Source of the DNA: Tubiluchus corallicola
Taxonomy: Eukaryota > Animalia > Priapulida
NCBI GenBank assembly: GCA_030141605.1
Contig: JAQGDQ010002371.1
Location: forward strand, 744,001-808,000
Direction: 5' to 3'
Length of the DNA: 64,000 nt
The number at the start of each line of letters is the position of its first letter. Position 1 is the first letter of the stretch. Made by a program: the position numbers and the translations under genes. Below the pieces are notes generated by a model. It saw only the letters and a program-made list of their open reading frames with translations, made no database searches and was not told the origin of the DNA. Positions 1-28,217 of this stretch are shown here, piece after piece.

Positions 1-15182
<15,182 letters not shown>

Positions 15183-16578
15183 CTATAATGTTGCTGAGTG
15201 GGGGTTAAACTGGTGCTTAGTCTTTAAAAATAAAATAGGTTTGCAAGCATCACAATATACTCCAACATACATACAACATACATGTCTCACATTTGCAAAA
15301 AAATTCAATGATATTAGTCTCAGCCTGTGAGTCATTATTAGTCCCCAGTGACGTTTTACATCTGAGGTATGACTAAACGCTTTCCTTTTCCTGTAAGCGA
15401 TTTACAACCTCTGTGTAAAACAGGATATGAAATGCAATAACATCGATGATGCACATAATTGCATTAAATAGCTTTAAAGCATTCAAAGTATGGCTCAACA
15501 TACAATTGCTTATACAGTAATACTTTATGGGCGATCTACACATTTAGTAGATCAACCCAAAAAACTTTAATAATTATTTTTGTATATTTTGCTTCTGCAT
15601 ATACTGCTCCTAAAAGCTGAAGAGGTATAAACTTGTGCGGACAAGGACAGTTAGAATAAATCAAGTTTCACATAAATTGCACAAGTTCCACGTAAACATT
15701 TAGTAACCAAAACAGAATGTAACCACAAAGGCACAACTTATTCTGCACTTTGTGAACACACCCTTGGGGTCTTGGGATTATATTGGCAAGTCTTACAGCT
15801 GAAAAGTTAAACTTTCAATAATAATGATAAATTCATTTTGAATAAATAGAGTTAAATAAAATTGATCAAGAAGCTACAATTTGTTGGCCACAAAAACTGC
15901 AATGCACTTAATGAAATGTCAATACTGAAATGCACCTGAAACCAAACTACAACCAAAAGAAAGAAGATTAGAAAAAAGTGGAACCTGAATCTGCACCAAG
16001 GACATTTGTATTCAGACTCAGACTCAACTTTTTCACACCTGCTTTCTTCCTGTCTAATTTAGTTTTAAAATTTCAATAATTGTGAATTCATTCCACCACT
16101 AATTGGTAATTCTAAAATTAGAATTTTAAATAATAATGTCATCAATGTATTTTGTTTAATATACACATGATAAACCAATTGTAGTACTTTTCCTATCTGA
16201 GTACATAATTAAAGCAATAGTAGGCGTATATATGATTCTTAATAAGATACCCTTAATATGCTAAGAATCTAGCTAGTTTTTTTCATTGTCCAATCTCATA
16301 CTGCATCTTGAACATTTATAAGCAGCTACATGACCGGAACAATAACTAAAATTTGCAAGTTTCAAGTATACCTTTTTATTTCTGACAAGCTGATTAGGGT
16401 CACATATTTCATGCAACCGTTTTGTATGAATCAGAACTGAAAGTGTTGCAGGATAGGCAAGGTATAAAGCAGGAAAGCAGATATTTTTTTTACATAAGAT
16501 ATGAGTCTAGAACTATAAGGATTTTAATGGCATTAGAAAATTATGCAAAAAGCCAAGACTTTTTTGTTTGATAAAAGT

Positions 16579-16584
16579 TTTATT
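16579..16584 (-). terminator. Candidate polyadenylation signal (AATAAA) of SWEET; a second lies at 16375-16380
   Basis: tttatt on the plus strand, ~660 nt downstream of the SWEET stop codon. Confidence 0.4.
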
Positions 16585-17244
16585 TCACAAGTGAATACAG
16601 CCAGACCCAAATTATTTACAACAGAAACACAGAAAACTTTTTTCTTTCACAATACTTTTAAAATGTAACTGCTTAGCAACATGGTTGTCACATGGTTGTA
16701 AGGGAACAATAATGAACACTTATTAATGTACCCTGGATGCTTTTGGTTAAATAAATAAAACTATTACATATTATTGATGCCATAAACAATATAAACACTA
16801 ACCAGAAAAAATGTGCACATCTTCAAGTATTTTTAAGTATTTCAAAAAGAAAGCACTGATATTCTTTGTGTGAAATTAAGTATAAAATAAGTATAATGTA
16901 TGCAATATTTGTAGCATAAAAAAAAAAAGCACACAAACGTATAGACGATGCACTGTTTGGTCATAATAACCACAAGCATATAATTCGTCACATATTAATA
17001 GAGGGGTTTTTAAAAAGACAAAAATGAATATTTCAACTTAAAATCTAAAGAACTAAAAAACTTTACGGTATGATAACTTTCTAAATACACCTATTACATA
17101 GTGATCAAAAAATACCACTAAAATCATGTTTAGTAAAAGTCTGAAAAATGTTAGTTGCATTGCTTTCTTCTTAACCTTCAATGCTTAGTCGTACAATAGC
17201 AGTTACAAAGACTAGTCATAGAAATAAAAATCGTTTGTCATTTA

Positions 17245-20200
17245 TCACACAAAATTTCCCATATTCGTTGGCATTACTGGTTGACTAACACTTCGACTAA
17301 TTAGACCATCTTCGGATTTGCTTGGATACTTGAGAAATAAAGCCAACTGCGTTGTGCCCAAAACTGTACCCAAAAAGTTTGGAACCTTCAACAGTATAGA
17401 AAAATATGCTATATGTGCCCACCTATATAGAGTTTGACAAACAATTGTAAAAATAATAAAAAAACAGCAACTGTTTAACGTGTTTACAAAGACTACCCTA
17501 AAAGCATGTTATAATAATATTTGTTTATGACTAGGACGACTACGATTCTAATTACGGTTTTAAAAAGGCAGAAACCATAACTTTCAGTAAGAGCTCTTTG
17601 ACTCAATTTACTTTAAACGTAGTTTTATTGTAATATGACAGAGATTACCCTGTGGCTTGCACAAAGCAGTTTTACAATTGATAAAGCTGCTTGCCAATGG
17701 AACGTAACACTCAGAAGAGTGCAAACAATAACTGAACAGTCTGCTAGCTATGTAAACTAATACAATGGTTAGAAGTGCTTAGTAAGAAATATAAATTTCT
17801 GTACAAGTTTAAATACTTGCATATTAGTAGTTATATTTAAGTGTTGATTACCACGAAAAAGCAGATAAACGTGTTCATTTGTTGGCTGCATATGAATTTT
17901 AATATTGTATGGAATTAACTAAGTACACAGTTTGTTTAGTAAGATATCTCGAGCCTGGCGATATAAAGGGCAGCCAGTTAGAAAACAACTAATGGTTTCA
18001 AAAGAGGCACCACATCTACATGTAGGTAAAACAAGGGTTCCATCATTGGCTCAGGTCAAAGCTTACTTGAGAATAGTCAACCAGTATTCGCGTATGATGA
18101 ACAGCTAGTTAGAAAACAAATAATGGTTTCAAAAGAGGCACCACATCTACATGTAGGTAAAACAAGGGTTCCATCATTGGCTCAGGTCAAAGCTTACTTG
18201 AGAATAGTCAACCAGTATTCGCGTATGATGAACAGCTAGTTTATGGTCACCACAAAAGTAATAATTGAGGCGTCTGTTGAAACTCAAGTGTTTTTTAATG
18301 TAATTTAAAATACGATAAAGACGCACTATTACAAATATAGAGAGGAAGAATATTCCATGAATTTACAACAGAAACAAAAAACAAATTAGCAAACGAAGAC
18401 AAATGATGATTAAAGTTTCTAAAATCATCGCCATTGCGTACTGGATATGGTGTGACATAATTGACTTTTGGTGGCAATATATCACACAAATATCATGGAA
18501 CTAACCGATTGATAAGTTTGTACAGAAACATAAACTGCATGGATTAGGTTAAGACTTGCTACACAGATTGACTTTACTGGATCCAAACATTCTGTCAGCA
18601 CAAGTATGAGACGCATTTAACTGAATATTTTCAAGGAGAGCCATAAGGCCACTACTACAACAATTTGTCTAAATTTCTGACGTGGACTACAACAAAATAA
18701 GCAAAAGCAAGAAAGACCCATATATAAACTTTTATGAAAATACATTCTGATTGTGAAGTTTCAGAAAGTATAAATGTAACACCAAATACAAGTCACAGTC
18801 CAAATACCAAAAATAGCAGACTGCCATTAAAATACAATTTACCAAAATGATTTTTCCTCAAGACTGCATTTAAATGTTTAGACTCTGTTTACTTTATCAA
18901 GATGAAAAACATGACCACTGGCAAAATGTCAATTAGATATTACAACTTTCTTTGTATATGCGTAAAAGTACAGGCATACAAACCATGCTCGACCCTCTCT
19001 TTTAAGTTGAGTCGAGTTAATTTTTTTTAAATTTCACGTAAAAACTGATTGTGCCAGAGAAAATTTCTGAAGTTTTTTGTTTGTCCATGCTTACTTGTAG
19101 CACATCATGTGGCAGTTGCCACGTTGCATATCTGCATTTTTACTTTAAATTTGGTACAGATGTAAACATACCTGTACAAAGTAATCCTCTATCAACCAAC
19201 CATATATCCACCATTCTAGAGAAACCAGAAATGTGACAAGTGACAAATAAAATGACATACATTCCGTACTTTTTGAGCGAATAACTTTACCCTGCAAACA
19301 TAAATCATACAATTAATATTAATTGTCTAAAACCATTGCATGCAAACAATTTGCCCATGAACTCAAAATATAACAATGTATATGTTAGCATAGTATTAGA
19401 AGTGAGGTGCACTGCCTAAAAGCATGGTGCTGTTACTAGGAAGTAGCAATCATTAGTTAACAATAGAACCAAGGCTGGCCTTGATATTGGTCTTGCTATA
19501 AACATTCAATTGAGTAGACCCAGCCACTGAATTTTGTATTCTAGCTTGCAGACTTGCAGTGTACAGTACTGCATTCCAACTCTTCTTGATTAATGCATAG
19601 CATTAAGCACACTCAACTACAGGTGCTCTTTGTAAACTAAGAATCCAAAATTCTGAATACAACATGAAAACACAGTTCGATATTTGGTTAAAGGTGAATT
19701 AGTTCATAAACCAAGCAAAATGCTTTCAAATAGAGCATACACGGAAAATCAACAATTCACAGTTTCACAATGCATGTATAAATGACATGCTACCGAGAGC
19801 AGGAAACTTACTCAATGACAGAGTCTAATAATGGAGCTGATATTGGTTGGACCCTAACCTAGTTCATTGTCAAAAAAGATATTTCTCTGGGACAAAAGAG
19901 AGCACCAGCTAAAGTGCTTAAACATATTTGGAAGGGTAGCTCCTGACCATCCCTCAATAAAAATGTGCAGCAACCATGCAAATTTTCCTACAAGCTGAGC
20001 ACTTGCATCAACGCTTTAGTAAACTTGGCAATGCAGTCAATTTTTTGTACATTTATCATAAAAGCCCGCCATGTAACTTTCACAACCTTAGTTACAAAAT
20101 AGCTACAACAACAGTAAATTTAATTTCAATGTAAATTCTGACAAATTTACTGAAAAAGCTTGCAGTGCTTGCTGTCAAAATATGGTATTTGTGATCTGAC

Positions 20201-23200
20201 TTGAAATAAGAGTTTAACTCACAGAGTTAAATTTTTATTAAAGTAAAAGCGTTTTCTTCAGCTATGATCTACTCTTATTTATATGATATTTTAATTGCAA
20301 AGCTTTTTCTTTGACCAAATATTAATTAAAATACCATAAGCACGTCTCATGAATTGAAAATTATATTTTTTTCTCATAAATTTTTGCACTCAATAGTAGA
20401 TTAGTTTGTTAACATGAAAACACAAACACCGATACACTGTTATTACCTGAATGTTGCACATTAGGAGCTGGGCAGACAATTATCAAATTTTTATTGATAA
20501 AAAATAAATCTACCAAGCTACTGCCAACAGATAAATAAGTTCTTAAACTAACTCAGAAAATCAACAATCACAGCTACACAGTTCAACTGCTTAGATTTAT
20601 ACTCTTGTTGATACTTACCATAGACACCAAAGGAGATCCAAAAAAAATAACGCCCATCAAACAACAGGCTATTCCAAGCCTATTTAATGCTGTATAGTAA
20701 TCATTCGCAACATACTTCGTATAGATGAGCAAGGGAAAAACAACACCCGCTGCAACTAACAGTTGTTTTTGCATAGCAACCTGCAAAAAAACTTTGGTGA
20801 GCCACATTAATTAAAAAGTAAATACCGGGCCCTTTTTAAATGCCTTAACTAAAGCATAAAATGTTTCACAGCTGAAAATTTGTCGTCCAAACATTTAATA
20901 TTTTTACATAACATTTTTCAGGGAAATTGGTGATGCAGGTCATAAATGCATTCATGTTACAATGGATAAAACCTCTGAGATGGTACGGAATAAACGATAC
21001 ACCTGGCATGCAAAACCAGTACACAAAATTCATTGTCTTGGACAAGTGTATATATAAAGTACTTTGCAGCCACGCAAACCTGTTATAGGTAAACCATCTT
21101 GGCTAAATGTTAGGTACAGTAAGTTCTCGCTTAACAACTCCCCAGTCAGCAGCATTTTGTTTTAAACATTTTGCCACCTTCTCTCATTTAATAATCAATT
21201 TTTCAGTTTCTCGGCCTTACCTTAAGCACTGAAATTTTATTTGTTAAGGTGCCTCTTTATAAAGAAGCCACTATTTACCCAAATCACTGTGAAGATATTG
21301 CTGCTGTATGGTTACCTAGATATGCCTCGTCTGATAACATTTGGCTATACTATGTGAAAGTGTGGTGTTAATTGCTCCATTCCAAAAAAACAATGTATTT
21401 ATAATATTTCTCAGCAAACTGCCATAGCTAGCATAAAATAGAAAAGAAAATTTTTAAATCCACAAAACTGGACATTATATGACCATTTGTTCAATTCTAT
21501 CTCAGATAACTCTAACCACAATTTACAAAAATGCAGACCAATCAAAATGAGCACATAAGTGTAACAATGAGTAGGACAGCCAGGAAAGCCATTAACAAAA
21601 AGTAGAACAATAAAGACAGAGAAACTGTTACTATAATACAGTATTTAGATGACCATTTACAAAGTACAATGATGTGCAGGCAACTGAAAAACTTTTCGGA
21701 AACACCTCTGAGGTAAGTCCAACATGACTTCATCATCTATACTAATATTATTATTGATTGTTAATTTCGATTTGTTGTTCTATAAACTTTCAATACTGGA
21801 ATATACCTCTGGAGTATTTTAAGGTATTTCGCATTAAGACAATTTACTTTTAAAACACAGCATTTTCCTGCAATGCGTTAGTGTCCTGAATTGAGAATTT
21901 GCACATCTATCCTTTCCTCTGTTTTCTTGTTTTTTGATCATGTGCAAGAGCAAACACTTGTCTGCTTACAAAATGTCATTATTAATTGTAAGCATCACAA
22001 ATTTAAACATTCTAAATTAATGTAACTGACTTACTTTAGCAGGACACATGTAGTAGTAAAATATAGTGTAACATCCTTGCAGAATGGTACCAATCAGATT
22101 CACTAAAATGATAGTCCAATCTTCTTTCATAATTCCATACTTGAGCCATAACACAGCACTGAAAAAGAAAAAATACATCACGTTATATACATATATTTAT
22201 GGAGACGGAGCCACATTGTTTGTACATGTGTATTTATGTGAGAGAAAGAAAAGAAAGCATTATATATGATTTTTTTCCCACTTACTCTATATTACCAGTG
22301 TTTTTTGAAAAAGGTTTTCAGGTAATGACACCATTTGTTTTGTTTATGCTTGTAACTGAATATTTGATTTACGCCATATTGGATGCATTTATTCTGAGAG
22401 ATTTAAAGTAAAAACATATAAAAATTGTCTATTTGTTAAGATCCCAATGTTTCTGTGCGCACAACTACCCTAGTTAATAAAATAAATAAGATAACTTGAA
22501 CTTTTGCTTAAAATTATTAAGGTTGCTAAATATTTACACGGCGTTTACTAAAGGAAATAATTTAGTTTACAGTGTACACCTAATTAGCAAACCTAATATA
22601 CAGCTGTTTACAAATGAAAAGTTTACTTAGTTTAGTTTAGTCTTGTTTAGTTTGTTTTAGTTTATTATGTTTGCACTGTAACAGATGCGAAAATTTGCAG
22701 ATGTATAAATTTCGCTACAGTAGGCCAACTTAAATTGCTGCTGGGCTCTTTGCAGGAATGTGTCAGTTTTATTAAATTATGACAGTAGGCCTTCAGTTAA
22801 TGAAATCATAAAACCTTGAATAATGCTAGTATAGTTATGAGAGCCAGTGCAAGTTTAGTTCCAGAATGAAATGAAGTAGTTAATGAAAAGTACTGCCTAT
22901 TTTTGTGCCTTATTACCCACCCAATATTGTGACAGCAGATGTTAGTATGCATATAGGTTCATGTATAGGTTGATAAATAAGGACAACAATATTATTAATA
23001 GCATAATGCTTTACTTTCTCGTTAATTCTGTGAAATGAAGCAATAAATTTTTGTCGTCTCTGACTTACGACACGTTGCAAAAATACCACTTTACAAACAA
23101 GGCTTTAAAAGCCAATTTACATAGATTTAGCATGCACTTTTTTCTGCTTTTCAGTACTTTTGCTGAGACATGAATATAAAAAAGCAAATAGTGATTTCTT

Positions 23201-24212
23201 TGCCAAGAAGTTAACTATCAAAAAGCATTTATGCAAACTAAAAGTGAAAGTTTTCTGTTTAAAATAACTCTTAAAGAGGAAAATTTATCATTTTTACTAT
23301 TTTAAGAAGAAATTACCTACAACTATTACTCTGAAATTACATTTTGCTACCATTCATTAATTACCAACTCAATAGCGCTATACAAAATGATACAATGTGC
23401 TTTCGACTGCATAGCTGTGTCTCTAACAGTCTGTGTGCTGTGCAACATTGCCATTTAACTTCGCCTAACTCTATAATCAAATATCGTAGGAAGTTGGCCT
23501 TTCTTACCAAAATGTGCTGAATTTTCAGCACAGTTTACTGATATACAGTACTTTGTTCAGTAAGAAGATCTACATGGAAAAATCGAGCATCCAGGTAGGC
23601 CAGTCCACACAGAATAGGTACTAAACAGATTGGCAGCTTATTGCGATTGCACCAGCCCTCAACAGTTACACAATCAGAAAATTGCGTGGCTTGCTTGGAA
23701 AAACGGTTAATGCACAGTAAGATCATCTAATTACTTACTGAATGATTTAATTATTTTACCAAATTGATCAAAAGTATTGTTTCAGAACATATTCCTTGAA
23801 CTTACCTGAAAAAAATAATGAGGCTGAGCCTTTATATCATAACTGGAAAAACTGGTACAACACAGTAACTAACACTGCATACATCATTCGCTGACTCAAA
23901 ATGAAAATACTAAACTTAACATATTTTACCTTGAAGTAGCCGTAATGAATGGAAGAGGAGATATATCACCAGTAGATCCAATTCTCCAGATCTTTTTACA
24001 AGTTGGTCTAAAAGCAAAAATAAAGGTTTGGTTGACTGCTTTGTTAGCTAACAGCAATAACATTTAATCAGCTACAAAGCATTGCGAAATCTACCTCATA
24101 TAATACTCTCGTAAATTTTCTTTTATCTAGTAGCTTACATTCCAGTCAGAGCTAGACAAACAGTCGTTATAGTTGCCAGAAAACCAACTGAGTCTGTCAG
24201 TGTGAGAGTCAT
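17245..24212 (-). CDS. SLC50A1: SWEET family sugar transporter (SWEET1/SLC50A1-like), 232 aa, complete
   Basis: Coding exons 24139-24212, 23930-24007, 22035-22158, 20619-20780, 19172-19291, 17245-17385 (699 nt, GT-AG, in phase). Two MtN3/saliva repeats: GSTGDISPLPF..LWLKYG..VNLIG and FGSPL..VIRSKSTECMSF..WWIYG..VPNFLG..QLALF. Confidence 0.95.
17940..18545 (-). mobile_element. 3' fragment of a CR1/L2-type LINE in the last SWEET intron
   Basis: ORF 18295-18489 ends FFVSVVNSWNILP..SASLSYFKLH, a typical LINE ORF2 C-terminus, followed by 3'UTR-like sequence. Confidence 0.7.
17971..18241. repeat. Near-perfect tandem duplication, 131-bp unit x2
   Basis: Units start at 17971 and 18102, with a partial third at 18233; only about two differences seen. 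Confidence 0.95.
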
Positions 24213-24398
24213 TTCTCCTAGTCCTGTGACTGACAAATATATTCAGTTCTACATTGATTACCTGAAAATGCAAAAACAACTGTATATTAGAAAAGGAGAC
24301 AGCTAGCAGAAGTGTTATTTCCTAGATAGATAAACAAATGCACAAAAACGAAAACGAGTTACTTCAAATATAGGTAAATCAGCTAAAACACTGATTAC

Positions 24399-24520
24399 CT
24401 TCCTCGTAAATGCCAAAACAAATGATGTTTGTCCAAAGGTTCAATTTGTCAGGCAAACAGGTTCAGTGTTATGAAGCAAGCAAATTCGATTCAAACTATA
24501 ACTCGAGGTCTTGCTGAACT
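24399..24520 (-). promoter_or_regulatory. Probable non-coding first exon and promoter of SWEET
   Basis: Donor GAAG|GTAATC at 24399/24398, then a 137-nt intron to acceptor TTTTCAG at 24262. The segment is ATG-free and sits in a local CpG cluster (24340-24650). The 5' boundary is a guess. Confidence 0.55.
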
Positions 24521-24774
24521 CAAGTTCGTGGATAGAAAAAAAAATGACGTGAACGCCGCCCTTTTGAAATGAAGGCAAATCGAACTCTGTTAGTCTGTAC
24601 AGGTTTCATTCCAATATATTCCTATAAAGTTTCATGATGATCCGTTGTGAATTATTGCAGGCTTAGGCTTTTCTCTAAAATGATGTTATTGCTGCCATCT
24701 AGAATTCAAATTGGCAATTCAAAAATACGACTCTGTCATTTGTTGTTGAATCCATTCTAGTATACACTCATATA

Positions 24775-24828
24775 TGCCAATGTACATTGCATGTATTTTC
24801 GCAAATAAAACTGAAATGAATTGAAATT
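24775..24828 (+). mobile_element. Extremely 5'-truncated copy of the same LINE 3' end
   Basis: TGCCAATGTACATTGCATGTATTTTCGCAAATAAAACTGAAATGAATTGAA closely matches 27697-27752. Confidence 0.75.
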
Positions 24829-25136
24829 TATAATTTACCCACTTTTACAAAGCTACCCAATTGGTCTTTCGCTACCCTTTCTCCTGCACCCCCCCCCCCT
24901 TAACTCTTTCCTTTATGCTTAATTTATCCTTTTTAATCAATAACTAAAAAAATAATACTATCAATTTGTATACAGGTGTAAATGAGGAGATAAATAAAAA
25001 TGTCTATGTCTACCAACTTTTTCATTCATTAAATAAATTGAAATAATAAGAGAACATCTGCTCACATAAATAATCACAAATTCATTAGTTAAGTAGCAAA
25101 CATGTCTTTAACTAACTTTAATTGACATGTTACAGG

Positions 25137-27793
25137 CTGTCGGGAGTGGAGTAGGATACAAGCCAAAGTAGGACAGTTGCCGTACATCTACGTAGGGCTA
25201 GCCTAATTAGCATGCGTCGTATGTGGCTGCACAAGTAGAACACTAGAGACAGTCACTTATTGAGTCCTTAAACCATAGTGGCAACGTCCGTTGTCCTTGT
25301 TTATTTAATAATAATAATTGAAAATGTCAACACATCATACAATTCATTATACATCTGCTGAAATAAAAGAATCTTATTCTGAGCTAGTCTAACGAGCAAT
25401 ATTAAATTTGTCTTTGGGATTAATCTTTTTGAAGTGAAAATAAGCCCGTTTTTAGGCGATTCCAACATTTTTTATTTTGTCTCACTACGTGAACAATATA
25501 TATGTTTTTGATGTTGCAAACTGGCACTTTTAATTGATGTCAGGCTGCTTGCCGATTTGGTGAAGACGATCAAGTGTATATCCACTGTATGATGCCAAAC
25601 TGACGGAAACTAACTCAACAAGCCCAATTTTTAATAAAATGAAGAAACTTTCACAGAGTCTTTAAAAATTTGACAAAATACTTGTTGACATATCCATATC
25701 CAATGTTAAGGCTAGAAGTAGATTCATGGATCATCTGTAATGCCTGTTCTCTACTGGTATTAGTGTTGTATGGTACAAGAATTTTTTTCTGATTCCACTC
25801 ATATTTTGTTTGAATTCATTTATTGATTTAGATGCTATAGTTTTGCTGCTTAGACCATTCCAACTGTTTACTACTCGGTTGCTAAAGTCAAAAGAGTGAA
25901 AGAAATTGCTAGTGCTCTACATGGGATGCCCATGCACGACACTAGTTTTCCACAAATTTAGCGCATGTGCTCTAACAGATCTAGAGAGGGCCTCCAAAAA
26001 TGTATTGATGAACTTTCACAGTATGCCACACAAAACCACCTAAAAATCAACTACAAAAAAGCGAAAATAGTGGCATTTGGAAAAAGGCTGCCATTATATA
26101 CCACCTTCCAGATGAAAGCAGAAACACTAAAGAATGAAAAACATATTAAATATCTCACCAATACAGGAATACACAACAAACATGTAGAAACAGTGAGAAA
26201 CCACAGCATTGGAACTCTTTTTAAAGTAAAAGCTCTAATATTTAATAGTAATTTCCCATTGAGTTTACTAATTTTCTTATTTAAGACATTAATAGTCCCT
26301 TTTGCAATATACGGTTGCGAAATTTTGACAAATGCTTACGTAGAAAAACTAAATAAAATTAACAGCAATGACACTGAGAAACTTCTACAAATATGGAATC
26401 AATTCCCATTCGACAATGTCCAAAATAAAGTTCACAAAATGGGTAATAGGAGTAAAGACAACAGCATGTAATATTGCCTACAAGGCTGAACTGGCTTTAT
26501 ATCCTCTCCTCATCGCAGCAGCAAAAAGATCATACAAATTTGGCTTGACTGCTGCCCACAAACCTAGAAAGGCTATATTTAACACCATCTTCCCGTCTCT
26601 GAATCATACAGCTCTATTGTCGCCCACATGGCAACCTAACCCAAGCTATGCATCAGAATATGAGAATGAATCAATGACAATAGCACAGAATGTCAAAAAA
26701 ACCTGAACAAAATTCTAAAAACGGGATATGAAAATATATTTTTTAGCGAAATTCATAATGGTGATAGGAAAAAGGGAGGCAGTAACAAGCTCAGATTTTA
26801 CAGGGGGTTAAAATACAAAATGGAGCCTTACCTAAACACTATTAGGGACAACAATCATAGACAAGCTATCACTAAACTCTGAGTGAGTGATCATGATTTA
26901 GAAATCGAACATGCTTGTTATACCAAAACACCTGAACAAGAACGAATATGCAATTATTGCACAACCTCCTGACCTAAAAAACATGAAATAGAAGATGAAA
27001 TACACTTTATTTATGACTGCTCACTTTTTCTTGAAAATAAAACAAATTATGAAATTAAACTTCACAGTCTAAATTTTTCTCTAGATGTGGCTGTTTAACA
27101 GCAATGTTCAAAAGGATATAATTCCTTTTGGAGAATATATATTTAAAAACTTCTAAATAAGAAAAACAAAAAGCTAACACTGGCTACACCTTGTTGAACC
27201 TTCTCAATGGAAACTCAACTACTCAAGAGTTGAGACTTTTTAATATCTAGTTATAATTTTGTATTGCATAATGTATAGCTGCTAATTGTTTTTAATAATG
27301 TTTTGTTTGTTTTTTGTAGGCTTCGCTCTTAGTACAGTTTCTTTGTTTTTCATAGGTTTTCTGGTTACAGTCGATACATCTATAACATCAATGCAAGAAA
27401 CTTTTGGCAACAACTCCAGTTCCTAGGGAAGAAGAAATCAGCAGTTTGGCAGCAGACTCTAACCAAATTATTTTCAACTCTATGTTATTTTTTATAATCT
27501 TTCATTTAAAAAGCTGGTACAAATACCTACTATTTTTAAGTCATTTTTCTTTTTTCATTGCTAAATTATACAATTTTTATATAACTGTGACTTTAGTATC
27601 AGTATGCCGTATCCTAACATTTGTCTATGAAAAAAACTTTACACACAGCCTATTATGATTTCTTCGGTTTATGTAGTATTTAACGTGTATTGCTTTTGCC
27701 AATGTACATTGTATGTATTTGTGCAAATAAAACCAGATTAAATTGAATTGAATTAGCGCTATTTGGCCTACTAGTGGCGTACTCCGCGCTCTG
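25137..27793. mobile_element. TIR-bearing non-autonomous DNA element (MITE), copy 1, interrupted by the LINE
   Basis: Left end GGGAGTGGAGTAGGATACAAGCCAAAGTAGGA; right end CTAGTGGCGTACTCCGCGC. Segment 25140-25470 aligns with 28222-28545. Confidence 0.75.
25965..27752 (+). mobile_element. 5'-truncated, decayed non-LTR retrotransposon (RT C-terminus, CCHC finger, 3' UTR, (ATTGA)n tail); clade tentative (RTE-X/Proto2-like)
   Basis: GLQKCIDELSQY..LKINYKKAKIV..IKYL; LFKTLIVP..YGCEI; AITKLRVSDHDLEIE..ERICNYC..EDEIHFIYDC, with frameshifts and stops. AATAAA then ATTGA repeats. TSD TTAGCGC at 25958-25964 and 27753-27759. Confidence 0.9.
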
Positions 27794-27799
27794 CATGGG

Positions 27800-27970
27800 C
27801 AACTCCATAATTAACGCGATACGTTGCCCTAATCGGTTTGGTTTGACTATATACTACACCGAAGATCGTTGCCATTGCTAAACTTCAGTGAGCACATGGT
27901 TTCAGATTTAATGGCGAAAAGGGACCGATTAGCCCTGATATTGTATTTCTAGTGCTTGTTGGACTAACTG
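27800..27970 (+). promoter_or_regulatory. Probable promoter and non-coding first exon of the Acl4-like gene
   Basis: CpG-rich patch ending in donor CTG|GTAAGC at 27970/27971. The first coding exon is preceded by acceptor TTTCAG at 30301. Confidence 0.45.
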
Positions 27971-28217
27971 GTAAGCTAGTGTTTGGTTGTTTTTTTCAGG
28001 GGTACGAGATTTCGTTTGGCGATTGCCTGTCCAATGACTACGGAGAGCGAAACTGTCAAATATTTTCGATACATAAACAATATGTGAAAATATTTTTTTT
28101 TAAATTGCATGACCTCCCTCTATCTGCGATGGTGCCACTATATACTTTCTCAGTTCTAATATCCGTCTCTGGATTATGGATAAAGTCTTAAATGTGATAA
28201 TATTTTTTTAAATTGTA

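Noticed and set aside
18090-18200. C/D snoRNA (ATGATGA box) in the 131-bp repeat
   Set aside because: The box is antisense to the host gene, has no properly placed D box or terminal stem, and the region is LINE 3' UTR.
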